From Mobula hypostoma (lineage: Eukaryota), in the NCBI RefSeq assembly GCF_963921235.1, contig NC_086097.1, positions 167,216,001 to 167,280,000 of the forward strand: 64,000 nucleotides of DNA, written 5' to 3'. The notes beneath the pieces are model-generated. The model worked only from the letters and a program-made list of their open reading frames with translations. It made no database searches and was not told where the DNA came from. Made by a program: the position numbers and the translations under genes. Shown here piece by piece: positions 40,441 to 51,857 of this stretch. Within the stretch, counting starts at the first letter, position 1; every line of letters begins with the position of its first letter.

Positions 40441-43193
40441 ATCCCAGCAATCAATCTGATTCTTCCAAGTAATTTTATTCATCAGTAGGAGATATCAGAA
40501 GCAAATTTATCCAAAAGGTAATTGAGTAGTCTATTTCTCTCATTCTGCCTGAAGTTTTGCATAAAATCTGAATTGCATTCCTAATTTGCAATAAATAGGC
40601 AAACATTGTTCATGTGGACAATGCAATTTATTTGCGTTAGTAAGACACACCAAGCAAAGATGAATAATTTCTACAATACAAAACGATTTGCTCTCGTATG
40701 ATAATATCGATTTCTATTTTTTTAAAGAAAATTTAATAGCTGCCAATATGCTAAATCTTTGTTAAGTATAATGAAAAACTAAACAAGAACTAGGATAAAC
40801 AACTTTAGTAACTGAACTGTTAATGAAGCTTGAACAAGAATTGAAAGCCAAAACTTACACAGCCATGCAATGTATTCCTTGTGAGTTTCCTCCATATTCC
40901 TACATCCGTTTTTGCTAGCCAATCTGACCAAATGTTTCTTGCCTGAATAGGTTCAGGCAATTTCAAAAATTGTGAAATCTGTTAAGAATTAATATTTCAA
41001 TCCAGAGCCACAAGATTGTGAATGAATCAAAGTTTAAGACGGCATGTCTTTGTATTATAAGGGCAGGCTTGTATGCATCATCCCCTTCATATCCCCAAAC
41101 ACTTTACAGTCAATGAGGTCCTTTGAAGTGCAGTCACTGTTGCAAAGCAGGAAACCCAGTAGGCTATTTTGCACTGCAACCTCCAACATCAGATAAAGAC
41201 CAGATAATTTGAAGAACATTTTTTTAATGTTAAAAGATTTTCATTTGAGATAGCAGACACTGGATTCTTGGAAGAGGATAAAGTAGGGAGCCAAGATTTT
41301 GAGTTGTGACCTACTGCCTAAAGAAAAACCACTTAAGGTCAGCCAACATGTACAAGTGTTTTCAGAAATTCACTATAACATGCAGTTTCCTCATGCATGT
41401 GCTACATGTCAATACATAAGGATTTAATTTAAAGTGGTGCCACTAGTTTTAAAGTCTTATCTTTACAATGAAAATCTCTCTCAAGCTGTACAAGACCATG
41501 GATAGTTTTTTTTTTAAAAAATCAGGTTCTGGTTTCACCTATCTGACTGAATAACAATTGATTCCACTTAGAATTCTGTTTCTAAGCTATGAATTCAAGA
41601 AAATTGCTGAACTAATGCATAATAAGTAAATTCAGACTCCAATAAATACACTGCTGTATTTCTAGACTAATTATCATTCTACGCAGATATTCGCCCAACA
41701 GTAGGAAAATTCCATGTTCACAATAAACATGCGTTCTCATTCACTGATTGCCCAAATGCGACATGTATGTAAACATTGAAATCACACCATCATGTATTAT
41801 GTTACTATGATTGTGTCACCCTGGACAATGGAATGAAAACTACTGGTTGGACTCAGTAGCCAAGAAATGTCAAGTGCTCTGAGGTTCTAATACACCCTTT
41901 AAGAAGAAAGAGTTAATTCTGCATCACAAATTGCATGGAATGCAAATGAAAATGGCTCTGCAATGTTAGGTTCACACTAGGGTTTTGTCAACATTGACAC
42001 CAATCTATTCTCTCATTATTAAAATCATTGTAAGTATGGGGAATGAAAGAGAAAGAACAATGGGAAAAAGCGTGAATTAGAATCAACAAAAAGCAAAAGC
42101 CTGATGAAAGTCATCAAGTTGAATCGTAATTCCTTTTCATTCTCCCTCCACAGATGCTGCCTAACCTGCTGAGTATCTCCAACATTTTATGAATTAGTCA
42201 AATTGGTTCCAAAAGGCAGCAGAGATGGAAAGAAAGAATGGATTAAGAAAGATAAAAGACAATTAAACATGAAATATGTATTAACTAAAACATGCTAATT
42301 GTTTTATAGCACACAAGGGTGCAGGTAATATGAGAAGTGAAAAATTTTTTGGTTTTTAGCAAGGTTAGTGTAGAGTGATATGTTGTGCAATTCCAAAACA
42401 CAAAATTAATTGTAGAAAAGACGGGAGCCCAAGAGATGCAAATCTTAGCTTGTTTGTTTCCCACTTTAAGCAAGGTGCACATGTTTCTCATGGTAGAGTT
42501 AGACATATGCAATTCACTTCTTTTTGCATATAACCCATATGTATTATTTAAACAAAGAATGTTTAATCAACTACATATTTACAAGATTACTCAAATATTA
42601 CTGGAATATTAAATAGACAACACTCCTCTCTGTAATCTCAATGACTCTCCATACAGCTTTAGACCACGTGGACAACACAAAAACCTACGTCAGGATGCTG
42701 TTCATTGACTATAGCTCAGCATTTAATACCATCATTCCCGCAATCCTGATTGAGAAGTTGCAGAACCTGGGCCTCTGTACCTCCCTCTGCAATTGGATCC
42801 TTGACTTCCTAACAGGAAGATCACAATCTGTGCGGATTGGTGATATCGTATCCTCCTGGCTGACGATTAACACTGGCTCACCTCAGGGGTGTATGCTTAG
42901 CCCACTGCTCTACTCTCTTTCTACACATGACTGTGTGGCTAGGCATAGCTCAAATACCATCTACAAATTTGCTGATGATACAAGGTGGTGACGAGAGGGT
43001 GTACAGGAATGAGATATCTCAACTAGTAGAGTGGTGCCACAGCAACAACCTGGCACTCAATGTCAGTAAGACGAAAGAGCTGATGCTGGACTTCAGGAAG
43101 GGCAAGATGAAGGAACACATACAAATACTCATAGAGGGATCAGAAGTAGACAGAGTGAGCAGTTTCGAGTTCCTGGGTGTCAAGATCTCTGAG

Positions 43194-43266
43194 TATTTCC
43201 TGAGGTGCAACTGTAATGAAAACCAATTTCCCCCGGGATCAATAAAATATGACTATGACTATGACT
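43194..43266 (+). mobile_element. Very short 3' fragment of the (ATGACT)n-tailed Rex-type LINE
   Basis: GGTGCAACTGTAA..CCCCCGGGATCAATAAAATATGACTATGACTATGACT interrupts the host LINE frame. The same tail occurs at 44769-44825 (minus). Confidence 0.75.
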
Positions 43267-43695
43267 AACCTGGTCCTGACATATCAATGTAGTTATAAAG
43301 GCGGCAAGACAGTGACTATGCTTTATTGGGAGTTTGAAGAGATTTGGCATGTCAACAAATACTCTCAAAAACTTCTATAGTTGTACTGTGGAGAGCATTC
43401 TGACAGACTGCATCACTGTCTGGTATGGAGGGGCTACTGCACAGGACCGAAAGAAGCTGCAGAAGGTTGTAAATCTAGTCAGATCCACCTTTGGTACTAG
43501 CCTACAAAGTACCCAAGACATCTTCAGGGAGCGGTCCTTTAGAAAGGCAGTGTCCATTATTAAGGACCTCCAACACCCAGGGCATGCCCTTTTCTTACTG
43601 TTACAATCAGGCCTGAAGGCACATACTCAGCAATTCAGGAACAGTTTCTTCCCCTCTGCCATCCGATTCCTAAATGCACATTGAATCTTTGGACA

Positions 43696-43918
43696 TGTTG
43701 TGTATGTGGCCTGGTTACATAACAATGTTATTAATAAAAACGCTGGAGATGGGAGCTAAGTTTCATTGATCTTTACTGGCAGAATCCAAACTCGGCACAC
43801 ACGTACAGTTCAATACGTGCCTAATAGCGCGTGCTCAATATGCGCCTAATATTGCATGCAATGACGTGTTACTGGAACATAAAACAGTCCCTTATTATAA
43901 TGTAGGCTCTACAGTACA
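43696..43918 (-). repeat. 3' LTR of the SUDS3-carrying Gypsy
   Basis: + strand TGTTGTGTATGTGGC...CAGTACA, homologous to 47636-47828. Adjacent to the PPT. Confidence 0.9.
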
Positions 43919-43931
43919 CTTCTTCCCTTTT
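43919..43931 (-). other. Polypurine tract
   Basis: The minus strand reads AAAAGGGAAGAAG immediately before the 3' LTR. Confidence 0.8.
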
Positions 43932-44488
43932 ATTTTAATAGTGTATCAACTGCTTTTTAACTGGGGCATTATGCTAAACAAATATGCTTACCCTTAACAT
44001 ACAAACGCCAACCATTTGTTTACTTAGCAACTTAATAATATCAAAGGTTATCACAAAGTAATGTAATAATATCAAATTATAACAAGCCTTTTTTTTTAAC
44101 TTTTGGTCTAAGACCCATTTATACCAAGTCTCGTGGGGGGGCGGGGGGGTTCTTCTCTAGATTGTCCGGCACTGAAGCAAATAGGTCTTCACTCTATTGT
44201 TTGGAATACATTGAACAATCCACAAATTGGCAGGTTCCAGCCATAAAGAGTAGTCACCTTCATCTTGCAAAGGTGATGAAAGCAAAGTGAAATCCGTGAA
44301 GAGGTGAATGTTATTCTTAAAAATATGTACAATAATCAAATCTGAGATGGCATTGGAAAGTGTCTTCAAATAGTGTGTTCTTCAGTCTGTCAATAAACTT
44401 GTTTGTTTTAATACAGATTTCCATATAAAAGTCATGAACAGTTGACCTCTGAGCATAGGGAGTTAAGAAGATATGCACCTCCAACTTG

Positions 44489-46063
44489 CTAAGAGTTCGA
44501 GGCAGATCGCCTCCGTATAATGAAGACTTCTCTGTGCAGCTGTCCTAGATATATACGCATCTTTGTGCTATCGCTTGTCTTCCTTACCCATATCTCATTT
44601 GTTCCAATTGAGCTAATTACACAGCCAACCTTCGTATTCTCCTTAGATTCCAAATAGACAGTCTGACCTTTATGATACCACCTCTTATCGTAATATAACT
44701 TTCCATTTTATATTCGTGCTTCATATCTTTGTGCTGGTGATTCAGCAGGAGTGCTGCGAAGATACCATTGTCATAGTCATACTTTATTGATCCTGGGGGA
44801 AGTTGGTTCTCGTTACAGTTGCACCATAAATAATAAATAGTAATAGAACCATAAATAGTTAAATAGTAATATGCAAATTATGCCAGTAAATTATGAAGTA
44901 AGTCCAGGACCAGCCTATCGGCTCAGGGTGTCTGACCCTCCAAGGGAGGAATTGCAAAGTTTGATGGCCACAGGCAGGAATGACTTCCTATGACGCTCTG
45001 TGCTGCATCTCGGAGGAATGAGTCTCTGGCTGAATGTACTCCTGTGCCCACCCAGTACATTATGTAGTGGATGGGAGACATTGACCAAGATGGCATGCAG
45101 CTTGGACAGCATCCTCTTTTCAGACACCACCGTCAGAGAGTCCAGTTCCATCCCCACAACATCACTGGCCTTACGAATGAGTTTGTTGAGTCTGTTGGTG
45201 TCTGCTACCCTCAGCCTGCTGCCCCAGCACACAAAAGCAAACATGATAGCACTAGCCACCACAGACTCATAGAACATCCTCAGCATCGTCCGGCAGATGT
45301 TAAAGGACTTCAGTCTCCTCAGGAAATAGAAACGGCTCTGACCCTTCTTGAAGACAGCCTCAGTGACCAGTCCAGTTTATTGTTAATCTCAGGAGATGCT
45401 CAGGAGAAGACGGAGATGCTAGTCTTTTCGGAAATTTAAGCTTATTGAGAGTTGGAAGATCTTCCATTATCTGTTCACCTGTAAACAAGTAACTTAACTG
45501 CACAGGTGCAGGTTTTCGTCTTTTGTCCGTAATTGGAACAGGGTCATTAGGTCTCCTCCTTAGTTTCCTAGTCATTATTGGCTTTACCTCCATAGTATCT
45601 CCTGAGTTCCATTGTTAGCCTCTCATTCTCAATCATCTTTTTCTTTTCTTACACTCATTTTTTTTAAATCTTCAAATTCCTTCACTGCTGCTTTCTTCTC
45701 TTTAATATAATTCCCTTCCACTTTTTCTGTCTCCAGTTGCAGAAAAAGCTCTGCATTTCGTATTCTTTCCTTGTATTGTTGATCTAGTTTCTTCATCCTT
45801 TTCTGATACTCCTGCAAAGTGCCTTCCTGTAACTGCTGTAGCTGCTTTTTGAGAGATGTCAATTTCTCCTGGTACCTCTGTTCTTTTACTTCCAGGTAGT
45901 CTTCATCATCCTGCTTATTGGAAATATCTGTCTTACTTGCATCCTCTGTATCTTCATCCAAGTCGCGGCCATGGATACTGCGTTCGGTCTCATCGTCGAC
46001 GCTGTCTAGCTCCTCCTCGTCGTTGTAATAGTCAACAATGGGTGAGAGGAGCGCTGCGGACAT
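44489..46063 (-). pseudogene. SUDS3: Processed (intronless) copy of Sin3 histone deacetylase corepressor complex component SDS3, disabled
   Basis: N-terminal ORF 45629-46063 ([61 protein letters not shown]). Middle 45390-45593 ([44 protein letters not shown]). C-terminus about 44489-44757, translated by hand: [87 protein letters not shown]. All are colinear with vertebrate SDS3 as I recall it. Lesions: deletion/frameshifts at about 45595-45665, a LINE insertion and one in-frame TAA. Confidence 0.95.
44769..45390 (-). mobile_element. 5'-truncated Rex1/Babar-type LINE inserted into the SUDS3 copy
   Basis: ORF 44915-45286 (MFYESVVASAIMFAFVCWG..SHPLH..STERHRKSFLPVAIKL). AATAAAGT(ATGACT)n tail at 44769-44790. 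It splits SDS3 between PEHL and STPAES. Confidence 0.88.
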
Positions 46064-46066
46064 CTT

Positions 46067-46378
46067 TTACCCCGAGCTGCCCTCCTTTGTTGACACATCT
46101 AGTGCCTTGATGGTGTGCCAATCCAACTGGATTTTCCTGAGCCATTCATGTCCCAGCAATGGTGGTCCTCCATTTTTCAGTACATAGAGGTTCCGCTGCT
46201 GTGCTTTGTCTCCGTAGGTCACTGTCACTTTATTTTTACCTTTGGGATGCACTTTCTGTCCTGTGTAATTCTTTAGCAGTAGTTTAGTTCGGTTCAGAGG
46301 TATGTGAGAAAACAGTCGTTTGTAGTAGTGTACAGAGAACACTGTTAAAACTGAGCCTGTGTCCAACTCCATTTCCAC
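46067..46378 (-). CDS. Gypsy aspartic protease (retropepsin) domain, same frame as gag
   Basis: MELDTGS catalytic motif, LKNYTG, and GPPLLGHEWLRKIQLDW. Separated from gag by a single TGA at 46379-46381. Confidence 0.85.
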   Translation of the reverse strand: MEMELDTGSVLTVFSVHYYKRLFSHIPLNRTKLLLKNYTGQKVHPKGKNKVTVTYGDKAQQRNLYVLKNGGPPLLGHEWLRKIQLDWHTIKALDVSTKEGSSG

Positions 46379-47332
46379 TCATATTACAGTGATCCACATT
46401 ACTCTTCGATCATCTATCTCTTTCATGCTGTGACGTTGCAGACAAGACAATTCACTTTCGTCTGAGTCATTTTCATCAAAACTGCTTTCTTCCCTTTTGT
46501 GTGCATTGTTGTGTTTTCTTTTCTGGGGTTTCTTGTTTCTCTGTATTTTGTCCCTTTTCTGCTGTTTATTAGCTTTGCATACTCTGCCAGTGTGGCCCTG
46601 TTTGCCACAGTCTCTGCATTCTTTGTCTTTAAACCAACAGTCATCAGGGTCATGTGACATGTTCCCACAACAGTAACATTTCTTTCCTTCATTTCTGTTC
46701 AGTGACATTTTATTCATAGCATATTCCAAAGATTTCTGTTGTATCTCTGAAGCACCCTGTGCTGCTGTTTCCAATGATATTGCAATGTTCAGTGCCTTCT
46801 CTAATGTAAGGTCTCTTTCACCCAGGATCTTCTTCTGTGTAGTTTTACAGTGCGTGCCACACACTAACCTGCCCCTCAATGCATCCGATAGACCAGCTCC
46901 AAATTGACAATGTTCTGATAATTTGCACAATTCAGCACAATATTCAGAAATGCTTTCATTTTTGCTCTGCTTGTGTTTGTGAAATTTAAATCTTTCAGCA
47001 ATGGCCAGTGGTTTGGGGTTTGAATGCTGTTGGAGAGTGTCTACTATTTGCTTGAACATTTTGTCAGCTGGCTTTTCAGGGGTTAACAAGCTCCGTAGCA
47101 GCCCGTATGTTTTTGCTCCCATAATACAGAGTAAGATTCTGGCTTTCTTTTCATCATTAACACCGTTAGCCTCACAATATAACCCCACTCTCTCAATGTA
47201 AGTTGCCCAGTCTTCACTACCACTGTCAAATGCTGTAATGGTTCCAATCATCGCCATCTTTGTTATGTTAATTTGGCCCCATTTTCCCCTTGTTTTCTTT
47301 TTGACTTCACGTGTCCTTTTTGCTAGCACCAT
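46379..47332 (-). CDS. Gypsy Gag (open, 317 aa; likely start at the MAMIG Met near 47257)
   Basis: EDWATYIER..LLRSLLTPEKP..PKPLAIAERFKF..ESISEY..LRGRLVCG. Two CCHC zinc knuckles, CYCCGNMSHDPDDC and CRDCGKQGHTGRVC. Confidence 0.9.
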   Translation of the reverse strand: MVLAKRTREVKKKTRGKWGQINITKMAMIGTITAFDSGSEDWATYIERVGLYCEANGVNDEKKARILLCIMGAKTYGLLRSLLTPEKPADKMFKQIVDTLQQHSNPKPLAIAERFKFHKHKQSKNESISEYCAELCKLSEHCQFGAGLSDALRGRLVCGTHCKTTQKKILGERDLTLEKALNIAISLETAAQGASEIQQKSLEYAMNKMSLNRNEGKKCYCCGNMSHDPDDCWFKDKECRDCGKQGHTGRVCKANKQQKRDKIQRNKKPQKRKHNNAHKREESSFDENDSDESELSCLQRHSMKEIDDRRVMWITVI

Positions 47333-47620
47333 GAGTGCACTCTGTCTAAATGTGTGTGTCGCTCCTTTTTATCTCCCTTCTAGGGCAGGCAGACCCTCAG
47401 TCCCCAAGGGTCAGCGCCGGCTGTGGTCTCGCCTGGACGTGCTGCGGCTTCGACTGTGTCTCTTGGTCTCCCAACGTTCCTGACCCCGGCTGTGCTCCCA
47501 CTTCCTTTCGGACTCGCGGCCTCACTCTGCCTCCTTCTCCCGCTCTTTGGCTTGCGCTCTTCCTCCAAGTGCCGTTATCAACTAAAACCCAGCATTCTGA
47601 TAAAAGATGTACGTTCATGA

Positions 47621-47635
47621 ACCTTGCCACCAATT
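47621..47635 (-). other. Primer-binding site
   Basis: The minus strand reads AATTGGTGGCAAGGT directly after the 5' LTR end. TGG is complementary to the tRNA CCA end. The priming tRNA is not identified. Confidence 0.7.
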
Positions 47636-47828
47636 TGTTGTGTATGTGGCATGGTTACATAACGATGCTATTAATAAAAACGCTGGAGATGGGAGCTAAG
47701 TTTCATGGTTCTTTACTAGCAGAATCCGAACTCGGCACACACGTACAGATCACTACGCGCCTAATAGCGCATACAACGAGTTACTAAAACAAAGTAGTCC
47801 CTTATTATAATGTAGGATATATGGTACA
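47636..47828 (-). repeat. 5' LTR of the SUDS3-carrying Gypsy
   Basis: + strand TGTTGTGTATGTGGC...TGGTACA, homologous to 43696-43918. Confidence 0.9.
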
Positions 47829-50800
47829 GGACACTACCTCACTTTTTTTTTAAATATACAGTATTTCTGTTTCAACACGTTTTTTTAAATCTATTCAATA
47901 TATGCAATTGATTTATTTATTAGTTTTTATTTTATTTATTATTATTATCTCTGCTAGATTATGTATTGCATTGAACTGCTTCTGCTAAGTTAACAAATTG
48001 CACATCACATGCCGGTGATAATAAACCTGATTCTGATTATAAACTCTAATTCAATAGAGAGTGCATCTCAACTATATGCACGGTATATAATACAACTATA
48101 TACAGACATCCACAGTACAGTAAATTTAAAATTGTCCCAGTCAAAACTAAAGATTTAATCACTGTGGAGGCTTTCTAACTCTTGTGGGATAACGTCTTGC
48201 CTGACAAGGAAGGTCACTCTGCTCGGCAGGTGAGACCTATAGCTGTTCTGGGGTAGGAGTTGACTGAGACGGCAGTAAATGGTTTTGATAGTGCAGGCCG
48301 CCTTCCTTCTCTAACAATTGAATCTGCTCTCCTCAACTGATCGATGTGTCTGATACCACTTGGAGACAACACAATCTCCACTAGACAGAAGAGTAGTTGA
48401 GTTCTATCCTTAATCTCTCGGAACACCCACTTTTGATCACCTCTGTAGTTCTTTGCCAGGACTGCTTGTCCAGGAGTGAAACACCAAACCTTCTGGAATG
48501 AGGAGGCTTCAATTTGTCTCAGCTGTTTGTCCTGTATACTGCTTCTGAGACTGGGTTTGAAGAGACACAAGCTTGAACACAAGGGACGAACCAGGATCAG
48601 CACAGCTGGTGTGTTATTGGTTATAGAAAGTGCTGCACTGTGCAAGGAGGAAATTGGTGAGATCCTGATTCAGTGTCTGTGTAGTGTGTTCTGCTGACAT
48701 TGTTCATAATGTGTTCTTTAGACTCTGAACAAACCTTTCCACAAAGCATTTGTAGCTTGGTGGTATGGTGCAGATACAATATTTCTTATTCCATTCATTC
48801 TCAGGAATGACTGAAACTGCTCTGCAACAAACTGTGGTCCATTTTCACCGATATAAGTGTTCTGGAACAGTAGAAAAGGATGCAGTGGAGGCTATTTTTT
48901 GGTTTCCACTTGGATCATCACTGCTGTAATAGGAAGACTTTTGACTTCCATTAGGGAGAATACATCAAGGGGTGTATCTTTTTTTTTGTAATTTTTTCAG
49001 TTATTTCCTTTGCCAAGGAAAAACGGGACAATCCATCAACATTAGCATGATTAGCCATCCTCTTGAATTCAATCTTGTAACTGCGTCCTCCAAGAAACAA
49101 AGCCCATCTCTGCATTCATGCTGCTGCTGTTAGTGGAACAGCCTCTGTGGATTGAAAATGGACAATAGCAGTTGATGAACAGTAATGAAGGTAAACAGTC
49201 TCCCACACAAGTACTGGTTGAAACGTTTTACACCACAAACCAGAAGCAAAGCCTCTCTGTCAATCTGTGTGTAGTTATTCCCTGCAGTGGTAAGGGAATG
49301 TTAAGCAAAGACTACCGGGCGTTCACTTCCATCACTAATAACAATGTGACATGATAGCACATATATCATACGGCCAGGCATCACAGGCAAGCTTCACTCA
49401 ACAAGGCAAATCATGATGACAGTGTCCGACACCACCATTTCCTTTATCTTTTAGAAAGCCACCTCACACTGCTTTGTTCATTGCCATTTCTTCCCGATCT
49501 GCAATAGTGCGTAACCAGGTTTGACAGGAACCTGTTAAAGCACTTGACAAATCCTAAAATGGACTGGAACTGCAACATATACTTTGGCCTTGGAGCATCC
49601 ATCGTTGCTTTAATTTTCTCAGCACACTTGTGTAATCCTTATGTGTCAATAGTATGACCACAGTGGTGCTTGGTTTAAAGAATTCACACTTGTCACATTG
49701 TGCTTTGAGCCCATAATCTTCTAATCTTTTTAACACTGTCTTGAGATTTTAGAAATGTTCCTTGTCATCCTTACCTGTAACAATGATGTTATCCAGGTAA
49801 CACTGAGTGCCTGGACAGCCTTGCAGCACCTGGTCCACAGCTTTCTGTCAGAGTGAAGGTGCAGATGCTTCTTCAAAAATAAGCCCATTATAGTGATAAA
49901 GCCCTTTCTGAGTGCTTCTGGTAAGAAACACTTTGGACTCTTCTTCCATCTCCATCTGTAGGTAAACCTCAGTCATCGACTTTGCTGAAGTGCTTTCCTC
50001 CAGAAAGGTTTGCAAAAATATCCTTGATCCAGGGCGGAGGTCTATCTTCAGTACTGGTTGATGGTGACCTCAAAATCACCACAGATTCTGACAGAACCAT
50101 TCTTCCTGGCTGCTGGGAACACTAGCGTGCCCATGGACTCTACTCAACCTTGGAAAGAATTCCATAGCTTCCAAGCGATCTAGCTCACCGGTTACTTTGT
50201 CACAGATGGTATAAGGAACCAGATGGGCTTAGGAGAACTTAGGTGTGGCATTTTCATTTAACACCATTTTACCCTTGATATGTTTGAGATTTCTAATGCC
50301 AACCTTGAACACTGCTGTCACATCATCCAGTACCCTTTTTAATTAGCTTTCAGTTGACTTGCAAGGGATAGGACGTGCAAATGGTGGATGGATCTCTGAT
50401 CAAGTTCTAGTTGGATTAGCTACTCATGACCCCAAATGGTTGGCCCTCCTGCTTTTACCACATTTCAGTTCAGTGTGGCTTGTTGGTTGTTACAAATGTC
50501 ATTGCCATTGTAGTTATCTTTTCTCCAGTACAAGTTCTTAGTTGGATATCCATAGGCTTCAGTTTAGCATCCGTGAAATGCCGCTCAAATTCATTTTGGG
50601 AAATGACTGGAACAGCCAACCCAGTTTCCATTTTAATTCATTTGCTGTTCACTTCTGGTGTAAGCCATATTGCTTGATAGTTTTCACATTGTAAATTTAA
50701 TGCTCTTTTTGAAACTGCAACTTCTATCTTTTCCTCTTCCCTGTGCAGTCCATTTCCCAACATGCTCTTTGTACGTGTAATAGTAGGAAAATCTCTGCAA

Positions 50801-51684
50801 GTTTCACATTAAATCTGGATTTTTCTGGTGTACTGTAAGTGAGCTCCTGTCACAATGGTAACACAATTTGTTCATCCAGCCTGGCCTCTAGATGCCGCAA
50901 TTTTGTTCAGGCTCACTTTCATTCCTGACTGCAGCTCAATTGCGTCTTTGTCTACTGTTTCCATTGATACAGCTATTTCAACTGCACTTTTAAATGTTAG
51001 TTGTGCTTCTGTTAGGAGCTGTTTTTGAATGTTTTCTTGTAAGATTCCACAAACAAACCAATTTTTAATGCATCATTAATCCTATTACTGAATTGAATGC
51101 TCAGAAAATCTCTTCATTTCAGCCATGTACACTGAAGTGGACTCCTATTCCAACTAATTCCACTTATGATACCTGTAACATTCTGCAATACAATGGTTTT
51201 GGTTCTAAATATTCCTGCGTCAGATTCATGATATCAGAAATGCTCATTTCTGCTGGTTTGATTGGAGTTGTCAAACTCTTAAATGAACTGTATGCCTTTC
51301 AATCCAATGCACTCAGCAAAATTGGTACTTGTTTTTCAATGACTATTCCATTTGCTTTAAAATACTGGTCAATTTGCTCTCTATATTATATAGATTTCTG
51401 CCTACCTGACGTAGTCAGCTATTTCTGCCTTTTTTTTTTAAATAAAGTGATCATAACCCAGTACTGACTATTTATGAATGCCTGTATTCTTCCACTTTCT
51501 ACCTTTTTTTAATAACTTGACCGTGTCTTCCATTCCGAATACATGCTGTGCTACTTTTAAAAACAACTCTAATGTCTCACTCCACATGTAGATAATCATC
51601 TCAAGATCACTTTAAGAATACCTTGTCATCACTATTGTTTTGCAAGTCCAAAAGAGAAATTGAAGAAAAGATGGGAGCTCATGA

Positions 51685-51857
51685 CTTCTGGGGTGCCTCC
51701 AGTGGCAACTTATGTGGCAGCAGAATCTCCAATATACATATATTGTAATTGATTCACTTTTTCTTCTTCTATATTATGTAGCATTGTACTGCTGCTGCTG
51801 CTAAGTTAACAAATTTCATAACATATGCCAGTGATAATAAACCTGATTCGGATTCTG
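51685..51857 (+). mobile_element. Short Rex-type fragment inserted in the outer Gypsy 5' LTR
   Basis: 3' tail GCTAAGTTAACAAATTTC..GATAATAAACCTGATTCGGATTCTGA, as at 47985-48038. Confidence 0.65.

Larger units (their letters stand above)
43696..47828 (-). mobile_element. Non-autonomous Gypsy LTR retrotransposon carrying a captured SUDS3 cDNA in place of RT/RNaseH/integrase
   Basis: Two homologous LTRs with TG..CA ends. 5-bp TSD GGACA (43691-43695, 47829-47833). PBS and PPT present, plus gag and protease ORFs and SUDS3-homologous sequence. Confidence 0.92.
42630..48038 (+). mobile_element. Rex1/Babar-type LINE (5'-truncated), split in its 3' UTR by the SUDS3-carrying Gypsy
   Basis: ORFs 42641-42991 ([23 protein letters not shown]), 42927-43268 and 43334-43684. 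The UTR resumes at 47829 (GGACACTACCTCAC) and ends AATAAACCTGATTCTGATT at about 48038. Confidence 0.88.

Noticed and set aside
44489..46063. Functional host SUDS3 gene
   Set aside because: Intronless, frameshifted, contains a premature stop and a LINE insertion, and lies inside an LTR element. It is a retrocopy, not the parent locus.
46379..46381. Programmed stop-codon readthrough between gag and protease
   Set aside because: The TGA falls inside the protease N-terminal strand, just before the DTG motif, in a segment that looks deleted. It is more likely a lesion than a recoding signal.
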